Assembly (NCBI GenBank): GCA_035719385.1
Contig: DASTGG010000096.1
Span: forward strand, 537 to 64,536
Source of the DNA: Usitatibacter sp.
Lineage (GTDB): Bacteria; Pseudomonadota; Gammaproteobacteria; Burkholderiales; Usitatibacteraceae
Reading direction: 5' to 3'
Length of the DNA: 64,000 bases
The notes below the pieces were generated by a model. It was not told the DNA's origin. It saw only the letters and a list, made by a program, of their open reading frames with translations, and did no database searches. Made by a program: the position numbers and the translations under genes. This document shows positions 19,776-28,456 of this stretch, in pieces; the stretch's first letter is position 1; each line of letters begins with the position of its first letter.

Positions 19776-20747
19776 CTATTTGATCGCGAGCGGGTTGGTC
19801 GGCGAGCCCACGGCGCCGGTGATGGGCAACGAGGGCGCGACGAACAGGAACTCGTACACGCCGTCGGCCGCGCAATCGTCGGCGAGGTCCTTCAGGTAGA
19901 AGATCTCGCCCATCGTCATGCCCATCATCGGGATGGTGATCCAGTGCCAGGGCTGGTTGATGCCCGGCTCGGTCTCGTTGGGCCGCACCTCGCAGCCCCA
20001 CGTATCGCTCGCGAGCGCCGCGAGCTCGGTGCGCTTGATCCACTCGAGCGTCTCGAACGCGAAGCCCGGCGCATCGCCGCCCGGATAGCCGTCCCAGCTT
20101 CCGGCCTTGATCTTGGCTTCCATCTGGCCGGTGCGCACGATCACGAAGTCGCCGCGCTTCGGCTGCACGCCCTGCTTCTTCGCCGTCATGTCGAGGTCAG
20201 CGCACGTGATGCCGTAGCCGTCCTCGAGGACCTCCTTGCCGAGCGCGCGCGCCACGTCGAGGAACACGCCGCGGCCCACCATGCGGTTCTTCGTCTTCTC
20301 GATGCCGCACTTCTGCGCGCCGGCCGAGGTCACGTTGCGGCAGTCGTAGCCGTTCCACATGGAGTTCTCGTAGAACACGTGGCCCAGGCCGTCCCACTGG
20401 GTGCCGCACTGCAGCGGCATCACCACCATGTCGTCGGCCGCGCGGATGCCGCGATGGTCGAGCACGCCCGAATAGGCGTCGGTGCCCGTGCGCAGCATGG
20501 TGTGGACCGGGTTCACGCGCCCCATCGAGGGATACTTGCTCTTGGCGCCCTGCGGGCCGGTGTGGTCGAAGTTGAGCGCGAGCGAGATCACCTTGCCCTT
20601 GCGCACGAGCTGCGCGGCGGCGACGATGTCTTCGGGCTTCACGTGGTTGAGCGTGCCGATCTCGTCGTCCGGCCCCCACTTGCCCCAGTTCTTGTATTTC
20701 TCCGCCGCCGCGGCCATGTCCTGGCGGTTGATCTTGCGAGCAGCCAA
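19776..20747 (-). CDS. Cyclase family (kynurenine formamidase-like) metallohydrolase
   Basis: NWGKWGPDDEIGTLN, QCGTQWDGLGH, GRGVFLDVAR, GAVGSPTNPLAI; TTG start after GGGAGG. Confidence 0.85.
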   Translation of the reverse strand: MAARKINRQDMAAAAEKYKNWGKWGPDDEIGTLNHVKPEDIVAAAQLVRKGKVISLALNFDHTGPQGAKSKYPSMGRVNPVHTMLRTGTDAYSGVLDHRGIRAADDMVVMPLQCGTQWDGLGHVFYENSMWNGYDCRNVTSAGAQKCGIEKTKNRMVGRGVFLDVARALGKEVLEDGYGITCADLDMTAKKQGVQPKRGDFVIVRTGQMEAKIKAGSWDGYPGGDAPGFAFETLEWIKRTELAALASDTWGCEVRPNETEPGINQPWHWITIPMMGMTMGEIFYLKDLADDCAADGVYEFLFVAPSLPITGAVGSPTNPLAIK

Positions 20748-20767
20748 TTCTTCCTCCCGGTTGTCGT

Positions 20768-21739
20768 TCAGTCGGCCTTCAATCCCGCCTGCCGCACCAC
20801 CTTGCCCCATTTCGCGATCTCCTGCTTGATGAAGTCCGCGAATTCCTCGGGCGTGCTGGTGCGCGGCTCGGTTCCCGTCGCGGCGAAGCGCTCCTGCAGG
20901 TCCGGCGCGCGCATCACGCGCACGATCTCCGCGTTCAGCTTCGCGACGATCGGCCTGGGCGTCCCCGCCGGCGCGAGGATGCCGTACCACGTCGTGACTT
21001 CGTAGTTGGGCAATCCCGCCTCGGCCGCGGTGGGCACGTCGGGAATCGCCGGCAGGCGCGTCGGGTTGATCACGCACAGCGCGCGCAGCCGCCCGCTCTT
21101 GATGAATTGAAGCGCCGCCGGCAGGCCGATGACCACCATCTGCACCTGTCCCGCGATCACGTCGTTCATCGCGAGGTTCACGCCCTTGTAAGGGACGTGC
21201 ACCAGCTTCACGCCCGCCTCGATGTTGAAGAGCTCGCCGGCCAGGTGGTTGGACGTGCCCGGGCCGCCGGAGCCGAAGTTCATGCCGCCCGGCTTCGATT
21301 TCGCGAGCGCGATGAATTCCTTCAGGTCCTTCGCGGGAACGTCCGGGTTGATGACCATCACGTTCGGCACCGAGCCCACGAGGCTGATCGGCGCGAAATC
21401 CCTGACCGGATCGTAGTTGAGCTTCGAGTACAGGCTCGGGCTGATCGCGAGCGACGGCGCGACGATCACGATCGTGTAGCCGTCGGGCGCCGACCGCGCG
21501 GCCGCCTCGGCGCCGACGTTGCCGCCCGCTCCGCCGCGGTTCTCGATCACGACCGGCTGGCCGAGGTCGGTCGTCATGCGCTCGGCGATGATCCGCCCGA
21601 GGATGTCGGTGCCGCCGCCCGGCGGGAACGGCAGGATGAACTTGATGGGCTTGACCGGGTAGGCCTCCGGCGCCTGCGCGAGCGCCGCGCATGCGAAGGC
21701 CACGAGGAACACGAACGACCAGCAACGCCGCGAGATCAA
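20768..21739 (-). CDS. Bug/TctC substrate-binding protein
   Basis: YPVKPI..PFPPGGGTD, ENRGGAGG, DGYT, HVPYKG. Confidence 0.93.
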   Translation of the reverse strand: MISRRCWSFVFLVAFACAALAQAPEAYPVKPIKFILPFPPGGGTDILGRIIAERMTTDLGQPVVIENRGGAGGNVGAEAAARSAPDGYTIVIVAPSLAISPSLYSKLNYDPVRDFAPISLVGSVPNVMVINPDVPAKDLKEFIALAKSKPGGMNFGSGGPGTSNHLAGELFNIEAGVKLVHVPYKGVNLAMNDVIAGQVQMVVIGLPAALQFIKSGRLRALCVINPTRLPAIPDVPTAAEAGLPNYEVTTWYGILAPAGTPRPIVAKLNAEIVRVMRAPDLQERFAATGTEPRTSTPEEFADFIKQEIAKWGKVVRQAGLKAD

Positions 21740-21832
21740 GACCTGCCTCCTCGTGAAAGAGCGACCCGCGCTTTGTATCGCAGCCGGGGCTGCCGGGTCA
21801 AACGCCGATGAAGCGCGGATCGCCCCGCCGCG

Positions 21833-22366
21833 TCACTTGACCGTTGCGGCCGCGGCCTTGCAGACGACCTCGTCCTGCGAGCCGGTGCCCCCGGAGCAGC
21901 CGATGGCGCCGATGATCCGGCCGCCCTCGACGAGGGGAATGCCGCCGCGCGAAGCGATCACGTCGTCGAGCGTGGCGATGTAATGGAAGTTGCTCACCTG
22001 GATCGCGTTCTCGAAGGCCTTCGTCTCGCGGCGATACTTCACGGCCGCACGGGCCTTGTGCTCCGAGATCGAGATCGAGGCGAGCTGCGCGCCGTCCATG
22101 CGCTGGAAGGTCACGAGGTTGCCGCCGGAATCGACCACCGCGACGTTCATCTTCCAGCCGCGCTTCTTCGATTCGGCCACGGCCGCGTCGACCAGGCCCT
22201 TGGCCCGGTCGAGGGCGATGGGCGCGCCGTACGGCACGTCGAAGGGCATCGTGTCGGGAACCGCATCGAGGGGATTGGACGGCGCGGGCGCTTGCGCCAG
22301 GGCGAGCGGGGCGGCGGCGAGCATGGAGGCGAGCAATGCGGCTACGGGAAAGCGCGTGCAAGACAT
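21833..22366 (-). CDS. GlcG/HbpS family heme-binding protein, exported
   Basis: Signal peptide; NVAVVDSGG, RMDGA, KARAA, GGIPL..G..IGAIGCSG..QD. Confidence 0.88.
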   Translation of the reverse strand: MSCTRFPVAALLASMLAAAPLALAQAPAPSNPLDAVPDTMPFDVPYGAPIALDRAKGLVDAAVAESKKRGWKMNVAVVDSGGNLVTFQRMDGAQLASISISEHKARAAVKYRRETKAFENAIQVSNFHYIATLDDVIASRGGIPLVEGGRIIGAIGCSGGTGSQDEVVCKAAAATVK

Positions 22367-22608
22367 TCGGGTTCTCCTGGGTCACGGGTGGAAGGGCGCT
22401 GCGACTCGAACCTTGAACAGCCCGGGCGCGCATTCCCATCCCTGCCCGGAACACGCGCCCATGCGCCGCATCATGCGCGCGTGCAGCCCCGAAGCCCGGG
22501 CGCCGATTGCTGCACTGCGCCAAAGAGCCCGGATTGACGCACGACACCGCGCGCCTTCCCGCTTCGCCTACAGTCATGCGCGGGGGCACTGCACATCGGG
22601 AGTCACCC

Positions 22609-23286
22609 ATGTGGCGTCGTGCGCTGGTTTGTGTCGCGATGGTGCTCGCAAGCTGCGCCAATCCCCGGATCTGGCCGGAAGACCGGGCGCGAGCTTGCCG
22701 CATCCAGGTCGATGAGAAGTTCGAACGCGTGGCCTTCCGCCCCAACAGCCTTGCGAGCGGGGCCGGAACGCTCTCCGGAGCCGGCCAGGGATTCGTCGCG
22801 GGACTCGGCTTCGGCTACGGCGCGATCATCGCAGCGCCGATCGGCCTCATCGTCGGCGCCGGCTATGGAACCTCGTGCGCAGCCGCGAACGCCCGGCACC
22901 CGACCGCGGATGCCGATTTCGAGCGGCTGCTGCAGGAGGCGGACGCGCATGCGATGAAGCGCGCGATCGAAGCGGGCCTGAAGGCGCCGCGCCCCGAGTG
23001 CGCGAGCGCCTCGGGCGAAGGCCACGACGCCGTCGTCGGGATCCGCCACATCGAAGGCGGCATGGCGTGCCTGCACGGGCGCCAGGAATTCACCCTCGCA
23101 GTGAAGTGGCGCACCGTGACGGCGAAGGGCGAGGTGCTGAACGAAGCGACGCTGCAGCACGCGTCGAAGTCCTCGCGCAGCGTGGACGAATGGTTCGCGG
23201 ATCCCGCCGAAGCGCGCAAGGAGATCGAGGCCGCATACGATCAGGTCGGACGGTGGATCGCGCGCGAATTCACCGGCTCCGGCTGA
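22609..23286 (+). CDS. Hypothetical lipoprotein
   Basis: Lipobox LASC; glycine-zipper-like segment; plausible coding pattern. Confidence 0.65.
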   Translation: MWRRALVCVAMVLASCANPRIWPEDRARACRIQVDEKFERVAFRPNSLASGAGTLSGAGQGFVAGLGFGYGAIIAAPIGLIVGAGYGTSCAAANARHPTADADFERLLQEADAHAMKRAIEAGLKAPRPECASASGEGHDAVVGIRHIEGGMACLHGRQEFTLAVKWRTVTAKGEVLNEATLQHASKSSRSVDEWFADPAEARKEIEAAYDQVGRWIAREFTGSG

Positions 23287-23323
23287 CCGCGCCGGCCGAT
23301 TACCACGCATAAACGGAATCCCC

Positions 23324-23337
23324 TTGACAGTAGTCAA
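23324..23337 (+). promoter_or_regulatory. CRP/FNR-family binding site, class II position
   Basis: Perfect TTGAC-AGTA-GTCAA; -10-like TACGCT at 23359-23364 puts the box centre near -41. Confidence 0.7.
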
Positions 23338-23400
23338 CCTGCCGCCATCCGGAACGCCTACGCTCGTTCGAATCGCGGTCCAGCGTCGAAAGGAGAAGCC

Positions 23401-24624
23401 ATGGCTCAATCCGAATCGCGCAACGCAGCTGCCCCCGCCCGCGACGATCCTGTCCATTCCGAAAGCCGGCGCGACTTCCTGAAAACGGTCGGCCTCGCCG
23501 GCGCCGCCATCTATTCGGCACGCGCCACCATGGCGCGCGCCGAAGGCGAGCTCGGCTACTGGGCGAAGGACCTGTCGAACGACAAGCTCGTAGGCATGCT
23601 GAAAACGATCTGCCGCATCCGCTGGCACGAGCGGACGATGGCGGACAAGATGCTCACCGATCCGAAGTATCGCGGCTACAACCACTTCTATGCCGGGCAG
23701 GAGGCGGTCGCCGCCGGCGTCTGCGCGGCGCTCGTGAACGAGGGCGGGCCGTTGAAGGCCGACCTCGTCTACAGCACCCATCGTCCCACCGGCCACGCCA
23801 TCGCGAAGGGCGTGGACATGAAGAAGATCGCCGCGGAGAACGACTTCCGCGCGACCGGGCTCAACGGCGGCTACGGCGGCGAGATGCACCTGTCCGATCC
23901 CGACGTCGGCTTCATGGGCGCGGACGGCATGATCGGCCCGGGCCCCGTGATCGCGACCGGCTCGGCGTTCGCCATCAAGGCGCGCGGCAGCAGGCAGGTG
24001 GTGGTGAACTTCGGCGGCGACGGCACGTACGCGACGCCGCACTTCCACGCCGCGCTCAACAACGCGACGCTGCTCAAGCTGCCGTTCATCTACGTGCTCG
24101 AGAACAACCTGTACCACCAGTACGCGCACTACTCGCACTCGTGCCCGCTCAAGGACATCGCGGACGCGGCGCACACGTACGGCATCGCGGGCGTCGTGGT
24201 GGACGGGCAGTCGCCGATCGAGGTGTACAACGCGGCGCGCACCGCGGTCGAGCGCGCGCGCGCGGGCGAAGGCCCCACGCTCATCGAGGCGAAGACCTAT
24301 CGCTACTACAACCACTGGGGCGCCCCGGGCGCGAAGCCCGGCGAGCTGGGCGCATTCGGCTACGACCCGCTCGCGATCTCGACCTTCCGTCCCGAGCGCG
24401 AGCTGCGCGCGTGGATGCAACGCGACCCGTGCGACATCATGAGGAACACGCTCGTGAACTGGGGCGTGCTCACCATGGACAAGGCGATGGAGATCGAGGC
24501 GGCCGCGAAGCAGGAAGCGATCGCCGCGTTCGCCTATGCCGACCAGCAGCCGTTCTGCAAGCCGGAAGACGGGCTGAAGAACGTCTTCGTCGAGGGCAGC
24601 GTGGCGCCCCGCCAATTCGGCTGA
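23401..24624 (+). CDS. ThDP-dependent dehydrogenase E1 alpha subunit with Tat signal peptide
   Basis: SRRDFLK + hydrophobic stretch + ARA; GQEAV, STHRPTGH, G.GGEMH, GDG-x-ENN ThDP motif, TYRYYNH loop; AAGGAG RBS. Confidence 0.9.
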   Translation: MAQSESRNAAAPARDDPVHSESRRDFLKTVGLAGAAIYSARATMARAEGELGYWAKDLSNDKLVGMLKTICRIRWHERTMADKMLTDPKYRGYNHFYAGQEAVAAGVCAALVNEGGPLKADLVYSTHRPTGHAIAKGVDMKKIAAENDFRATGLNGGYGGEMHLSDPDVGFMGADGMIGPGPVIATGSAFAIKARGSRQVVVNFGGDGTYATPHFHAALNNATLLKLPFIYVLENNLYHQYAHYSHSCPLKDIADAAHTYGIAGVVVDGQSPIEVYNAARTAVERARAGEGPTLIEAKTYRYYNHWGAPGAKPGELGAFGYDPLAISTFRPERELRAWMQRDPCDIMRNTLVNWGVLTMDKAMEIEAAAKQEAIAAFAYADQQPFCKPEDGLKNVFVEGSVAPRQFG

Positions 24625-24636
24625 GAGGAGAGACAC

Positions 24637-25608
24637 ATGGCACGCAAGAGCTGGATGTACTCCGTCCTCGAGGCGGTGCAGTACGAGATGCGCCAGGATC
24701 CGAACATGCTGTGGATCTTCGAGCTCACGCCGCCGGTCGCGGCGACCCCCGGCAAGCCGGTGATCAACCTCGAGAAGGAATTCACGCGCAAGCGCGTGGT
24801 GAACACGGGCATCGACGAGATGTGGATGGCCGCCGCGACGCTCGGCGCCGGGCTGGCGGGATCGAAGGCGGTGACCTACATCCCGTACCAGGGCAACTGC
24901 ATGTGCTTCCAGATCATCCAGAACCATGCAGGCAAGCTGCGCTCGATGACGGGCGGCAGGGCGTCGATGCCGGTGGTGTTCCTGCTAGAGATGACCGGGC
25001 AGACGCCGGGCTTCGCGGGGCAGCACTCCGACTACGAGATCGACACCTACTACGCGCACATCCCCGGCGTGAAGACGGTGATCCCCTCCACGCCGAAGGA
25101 TGCGAAGGGCATGATGCACGCCGCCATCCGCGACCCGAACCCCGTCGTGTACCTGTACCCGGCGGGGCTGCGCGAGCTGATGGAGGACGTGCCCGACGAG
25201 GCGTACACGGTGCCGCTCGACAAGGCGGCGGTGCGCATGGAGGGCAGTGACATCACCATCGTGGGCTCGGGCGGCGGCATGCCCGAGGTGCTGGCGGCCG
25301 CCGAGAAGCTGAAGGCGCAGGGCATGAAGCCCGAGGTCATCGACCTGAGGAGCCTCAAGCCCATGGACACCGAGACGCTCGTGAAATCCGTGCAGAAGAC
25401 GAAGCGGCTGCTCACGGTGGACCAGTCGTACTACACGCTCTGCCCGGGCGCCGAAGTGATCGCGCGCGTCGCGGAGAACGTCGATGGCGCGCGCTTCAAG
25501 CGCGTCGCATTCCCCGATGCGCCTCCGCCCGCCGCGCCCGAGATGTTCCTCTGGATGAAGCCGAACGCCGACCACGTCGTGGCCGCCGCGAAGAAGCTCG
25601 TGGCATGA
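24637..25608 (+). CDS. ThDP-dependent dehydrogenase E1 beta subunit
   Basis: RVVNTGIDE (conserved Glu), AGQHS, HIPGVK.V.PSTP.DAKG, EGSDIT, EVIDLRSLKP.D; no signal peptide. Confidence 0.9.
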   Translation: MARKSWMYSVLEAVQYEMRQDPNMLWIFELTPPVAATPGKPVINLEKEFTRKRVVNTGIDEMWMAAATLGAGLAGSKAVTYIPYQGNCMCFQIIQNHAGKLRSMTGGRASMPVVFLLEMTGQTPGFAGQHSDYEIDTYYAHIPGVKTVIPSTPKDAKGMMHAAIRDPNPVVYLYPAGLRELMEDVPDEAYTVPLDKAAVRMEGSDITIVGSGGGMPEVLAAAEKLKAQGMKPEVIDLRSLKPMDTETLVKSVQKTKRLLTVDQSYYTLCPGAEVIARVAENVDGARFKRVAFPDAPPPAAPEMFLWMKPNADHVVAAAKKLVA

Positions 25609-25898
25609 GCGCATTGGAGTGGGAAGGGAGCGCCCCTGCGGCGTGCGGGCAATGCGGCGGGTCGGACCTCGTGTCCGATACCGTCCGCAGTGCCTTCTTC
25701 GAGGGCGAGCGGCTGGTGGTGGTCGAGGGCATTCCCGCGCTGGTGTGCCGCGGTTGCGGCGCGCAGTACTTCGACGACCAGACCGTGATGGTGCTCGACC
25801 TGCTGCGCGGCGACGGCTTCCCGGCCGACCGCGCCGCGGCCGAGATCTCCGTGCCGGTCTTCCGCTTCGGCGACCGCCTCGCGCACGGCTCGGGATGA
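25605..25898 (+). CDS. YgiT/MqsA-type CxxC...CxxC zinc-ribbon protein
   Basis: CGQCGG...VEGIPALVCRGCGAQYFD; ATGA overlap with E1 beta. Confidence 0.8.
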   Translation: MSALEWEGSAPAACGQCGGSDLVSDTVRSAFFEGERLVVVEGIPALVCRGCGAQYFDDQTVMVLDLLRGDGFPADRAAAEISVPVFRFGDRLAHGSG

Positions 25899-25902
25899 CG
25901 CC

Positions 25903-26454
25903 ATGAGCCGCCGCGACATCTTCATCTGGGCCGCCATCGCGGCGGTCGTGGCGGTGGCGCTGCTCTTCTTCGCCCTGCCGGCGGGGGCGCAGAGCTTCGA
26001 TTTCATGCCCCCGGGAGGACGCGCGCTGCTCGTGAAGGAGCTCGGCGCGCCCGGCAAGCAGGCGAGGTTGCAGGAGGTCGTGCAATCGCGCAAGACCGAG
26101 CCGGAATGGCAAGCGGCGTTCCCCGACCTGTCGCCGAAGGAGCGTGCCACGCTCGCCGCCTACCTCGCGGGCAACATGCCGCTCGCCGGCGCGCCCGCGG
26201 CAAGCGACGACCTCGTCGCCCGGCTACCGCCCGACGGGCGCGAGCTCGCGATCAACGAATGCCAGTCGTGCCACTCGCTCTTCACGAGCTACCTCACGCA
26301 GTCGCGGGACGCGCAGGGCTGGCGCAACATCTTCCTGTCGCCCTTCCACCGGCAGATGAAGCTCAGCCCGCAGCAGCGCGAGGAGTTCGCGCGCTACGCG
26401 GCCCTCAACATGCCGATGAAGGTCGCGGACGTCCCCGAAGACCTTCGCTTCTGA
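25903..26454 (+). CDS. Exported/membrane-anchored monoheme cytochrome c (paralog 1)
   Basis: N-terminal hydrophobic signal; single CQSCH in the C-terminal half. Confidence 0.8.
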   Translation: MSRRDIFIWAAIAAVVAVALLFFALPAGAQSFDFMPPGGRALLVKELGAPGKQARLQEVVQSRKTEPEWQAAFPDLSPKERATLAAYLAGNMPLAGAPAASDDLVARLPPDGRELAINECQSCHSLFTSYLTQSRDAQGWRNIFLSPFHRQMKLSPQQREEFARYAALNMPMKVADVPEDLRF

Positions 26455-26456
26455 CC

Positions 26457-27050
26457 ATGCGCACCCGACTGCTCCTCGCCGCGCTGCTCGCATTCGCTGC
26501 GGCGGCATTCGCGGCATCCAAGCCCGCGGCCGACGTCTTCGACTTCGTCCCGCAAGGCGGCCGCACGCTGCTCATGAAGGTGTTCGCCACGCGGGCTCCC
26601 GCCGACGACGTCCGCGCGATCCTCACCGCGAAACGCTCGTCGCCGGAGTGGATGACGGAGCTGAAGGCGCGCGAGAAGACGCTCCCCGCGGTGAAGAGCC
26701 TCGACGATCGCGAGCGGCGCACGCTCTCCGACTACCTCGCGGCGAACATGCCGCTCGCCGCGGCACAGGTGCCCGCCGATCCGGCGAAGGCCAACTGGGA
26801 GAAGGTCCTGCCGCCCGACGGTCGCGACTTCGTGCTGAACTATTGCCAGGGCTGCCACATCGTCACGGTGGTCGTGACGCAGGACCGTTCCAAGACGGCG
26901 TGGCTGGGCACCATGAGCAAGCCCAGCCATGTGCAGATCAAGCTCTCGCCGCAGCAACGCGACGCCCTCGCGAACTACCTCATCGTGAACGCGGCCATTC
27001 CCATCGACCAGGTTCCCGAGGAGCTGCGCGCGGGCGGCGCCACGTACTAG
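26457..27050 (+). CDS. Periplasmic monoheme cytochrome c (paralog 2)
   Basis: Signal peptide MRTRLLLAALLAFAAAAFA; single CQGCH; clear similarity to paralog 1. Confidence 0.8.
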   Translation: MRTRLLLAALLAFAAAAFAASKPAADVFDFVPQGGRTLLMKVFATRAPADDVRAILTAKRSSPEWMTELKAREKTLPAVKSLDDRERRTLSDYLAANMPLAAAQVPADPAKANWEKVLPPDGRDFVLNYCQGCHIVTVVVTQDRSKTAWLGTMSKPSHVQIKLSPQQRDALANYLIVNAAIPIDQVPEELRAGGATY

Positions 27051-27065
27051 CGGCGAGGCCGCGCG

Positions 27066-28454
27066 ATGCTGTTCACGTCGCTCGGCTTCCTCGTCTTCCT
27101 TCCGCTGGCGCTCGCGGCCTTCGCCGCCGCGCCGGCGCGCCACCGCTGGTGGGTGCTGCTCTTGGCGAGCGCGGTCTTCTACGGCTACGCGAGGCCGGCC
27201 AACCTCGCGTACCTCGCGTCGGTCTGCGTCGTGGCGATCGTGGCGGCGCGTGCGCTGCAACGCCTCGAAGGCCGCGCCGCGCGCGCCTGGACGCTCGGCA
27301 TCGCGCTGGCGCTCATCCTGGGATCGCTTCCCGCGGCGCGGCTGCTCGGCTTTCCTTCGGGATACTCCTTCTACTCGTTCGCGGCCGCGGCGCTCGCGAT
27401 CGATGCGTTCCGGCGCCAGCTGCCCGCGGCGCCCGCCGGCCACGAGGCGCTGTACCTCGCGTGGTTCCCGAAGCTCCTCGCCGGGCCCATCGAGCGCGCC
27501 ACGACGTTCCTGCCGCGGCTTCGCGAGGCGCTGCGGCCCACGCCGGAGCAAGTCGTGCTCGGCTCCCAGCTTTTCCTGTGGGGCCTGGTGAAGAAGGTGC
27601 TCATCGCCGACAACCTCGCGCCCGTCGTGGACCGCGCGTTCAACATCGCCGCCTACGCCTCGCCCGTCGAGCTGCTGGTGAGCGTGTATTTCTTCGCCTT
27701 CCAGATCTACTGCGACTTCTCCGGCTACACGGACATGGCGATCGGCGTGTCGCTGCTGTTCGGCCTGCCGCTCATGGAGAACTTCCGCCGCCCGTATCTC
27801 TCCCGCGGGCCGGGCGAATTCTGGGCCGAGCGCTGGCACATCTCGCTCGGCCGCTGGTTCCGCGATTACCTGTACATCCCGCTGGGCGGCAGCCGCGCGG
27901 GGCGCGTGCGCACGTACCTGAACCTCATGATCGTGTTCGTCGCGAGCGGCCTGTGGCACGCGGGGCTCGGCTACGGCACGCTGGGATGGACCTTCGTCGC
28001 CTGGGGCGTGGTGAACGGCCTGTACCTGTGGGGGGCCGTCGCGACCCGGCCGCTGTGGCGCGCCATCGGCGAACGCTTCCCGGCGCTGCGCGACAACGGC
28101 GCGCTTACCCTGATGCGCGTGTTGCTCACTTTCCACCTGATCGCGGCGGCGTGGATCCTCTTCCGCGCGAAGAGCCTGCAGGATGCGTGGGTCATCGCGC
28201 GCAAGATCGTCATGCACGCGGGCGAGTACCCGGTCCTGGTGCCGCTGTATCCGTTCACCGCCGAGCACTACACCGGCTTCGCGCTCATCGCGGCGCTCGT
28301 CGCGATCGAGGTGATCGACGAACGGCGCTCCATCTTCCAGCGGCTCGCGGCCGCGCCCGCAGCGCTTCGCTGGGGCTGCGCCTACGCGGCCGTCTTCGCG
28401 CTCCTGCTCTTCGGACGCTGGCAGGGCCGCGAGTTCATCTACATGCAGTTCTAG
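27066..28454 (+). CDS. MBOAT family O-acyltransferase (AlgI/DltB/PatA-like)
   Basis: FPKLLAGPIER, GLVKKVLIAD, QIYCDFSGYTDMAIG, ENFRRPY, RWHISL.WFRDYLYIPLGG, SGLWH, C-terminal FIYMQF. Confidence 0.92.
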   Translation: MLFTSLGFLVFLPLALAAFAAAPARHRWWVLLLASAVFYGYARPANLAYLASVCVVAIVAARALQRLEGRAARAWTLGIALALILGSLPAARLLGFPSGYSFYSFAAAALAIDAFRRQLPAAPAGHEALYLAWFPKLLAGPIERATTFLPRLREALRPTPEQVVLGSQLFLWGLVKKVLIADNLAPVVDRAFNIAAYASPVELLVSVYFFAFQIYCDFSGYTDMAIGVSLLFGLPLMENFRRPYLSRGPGEFWAERWHISLGRWFRDYLYIPLGGSRAGRVRTYLNLMIVFVASGLWHAGLGYGTLGWTFVAWGVVNGLYLWGAVATRPLWRAIGERFPALRDNGALTLMRVLLTFHLIAAAWILFRAKSLQDAWVIARKIVMHAGEYPVLVPLYPFTAEHYTGFALIAALVAIEVIDERRSIFQRLAAAPAALRWGCAYAAVFALLLFGRWQGREFIYMQF

Positions 28455-28456
28455 CC

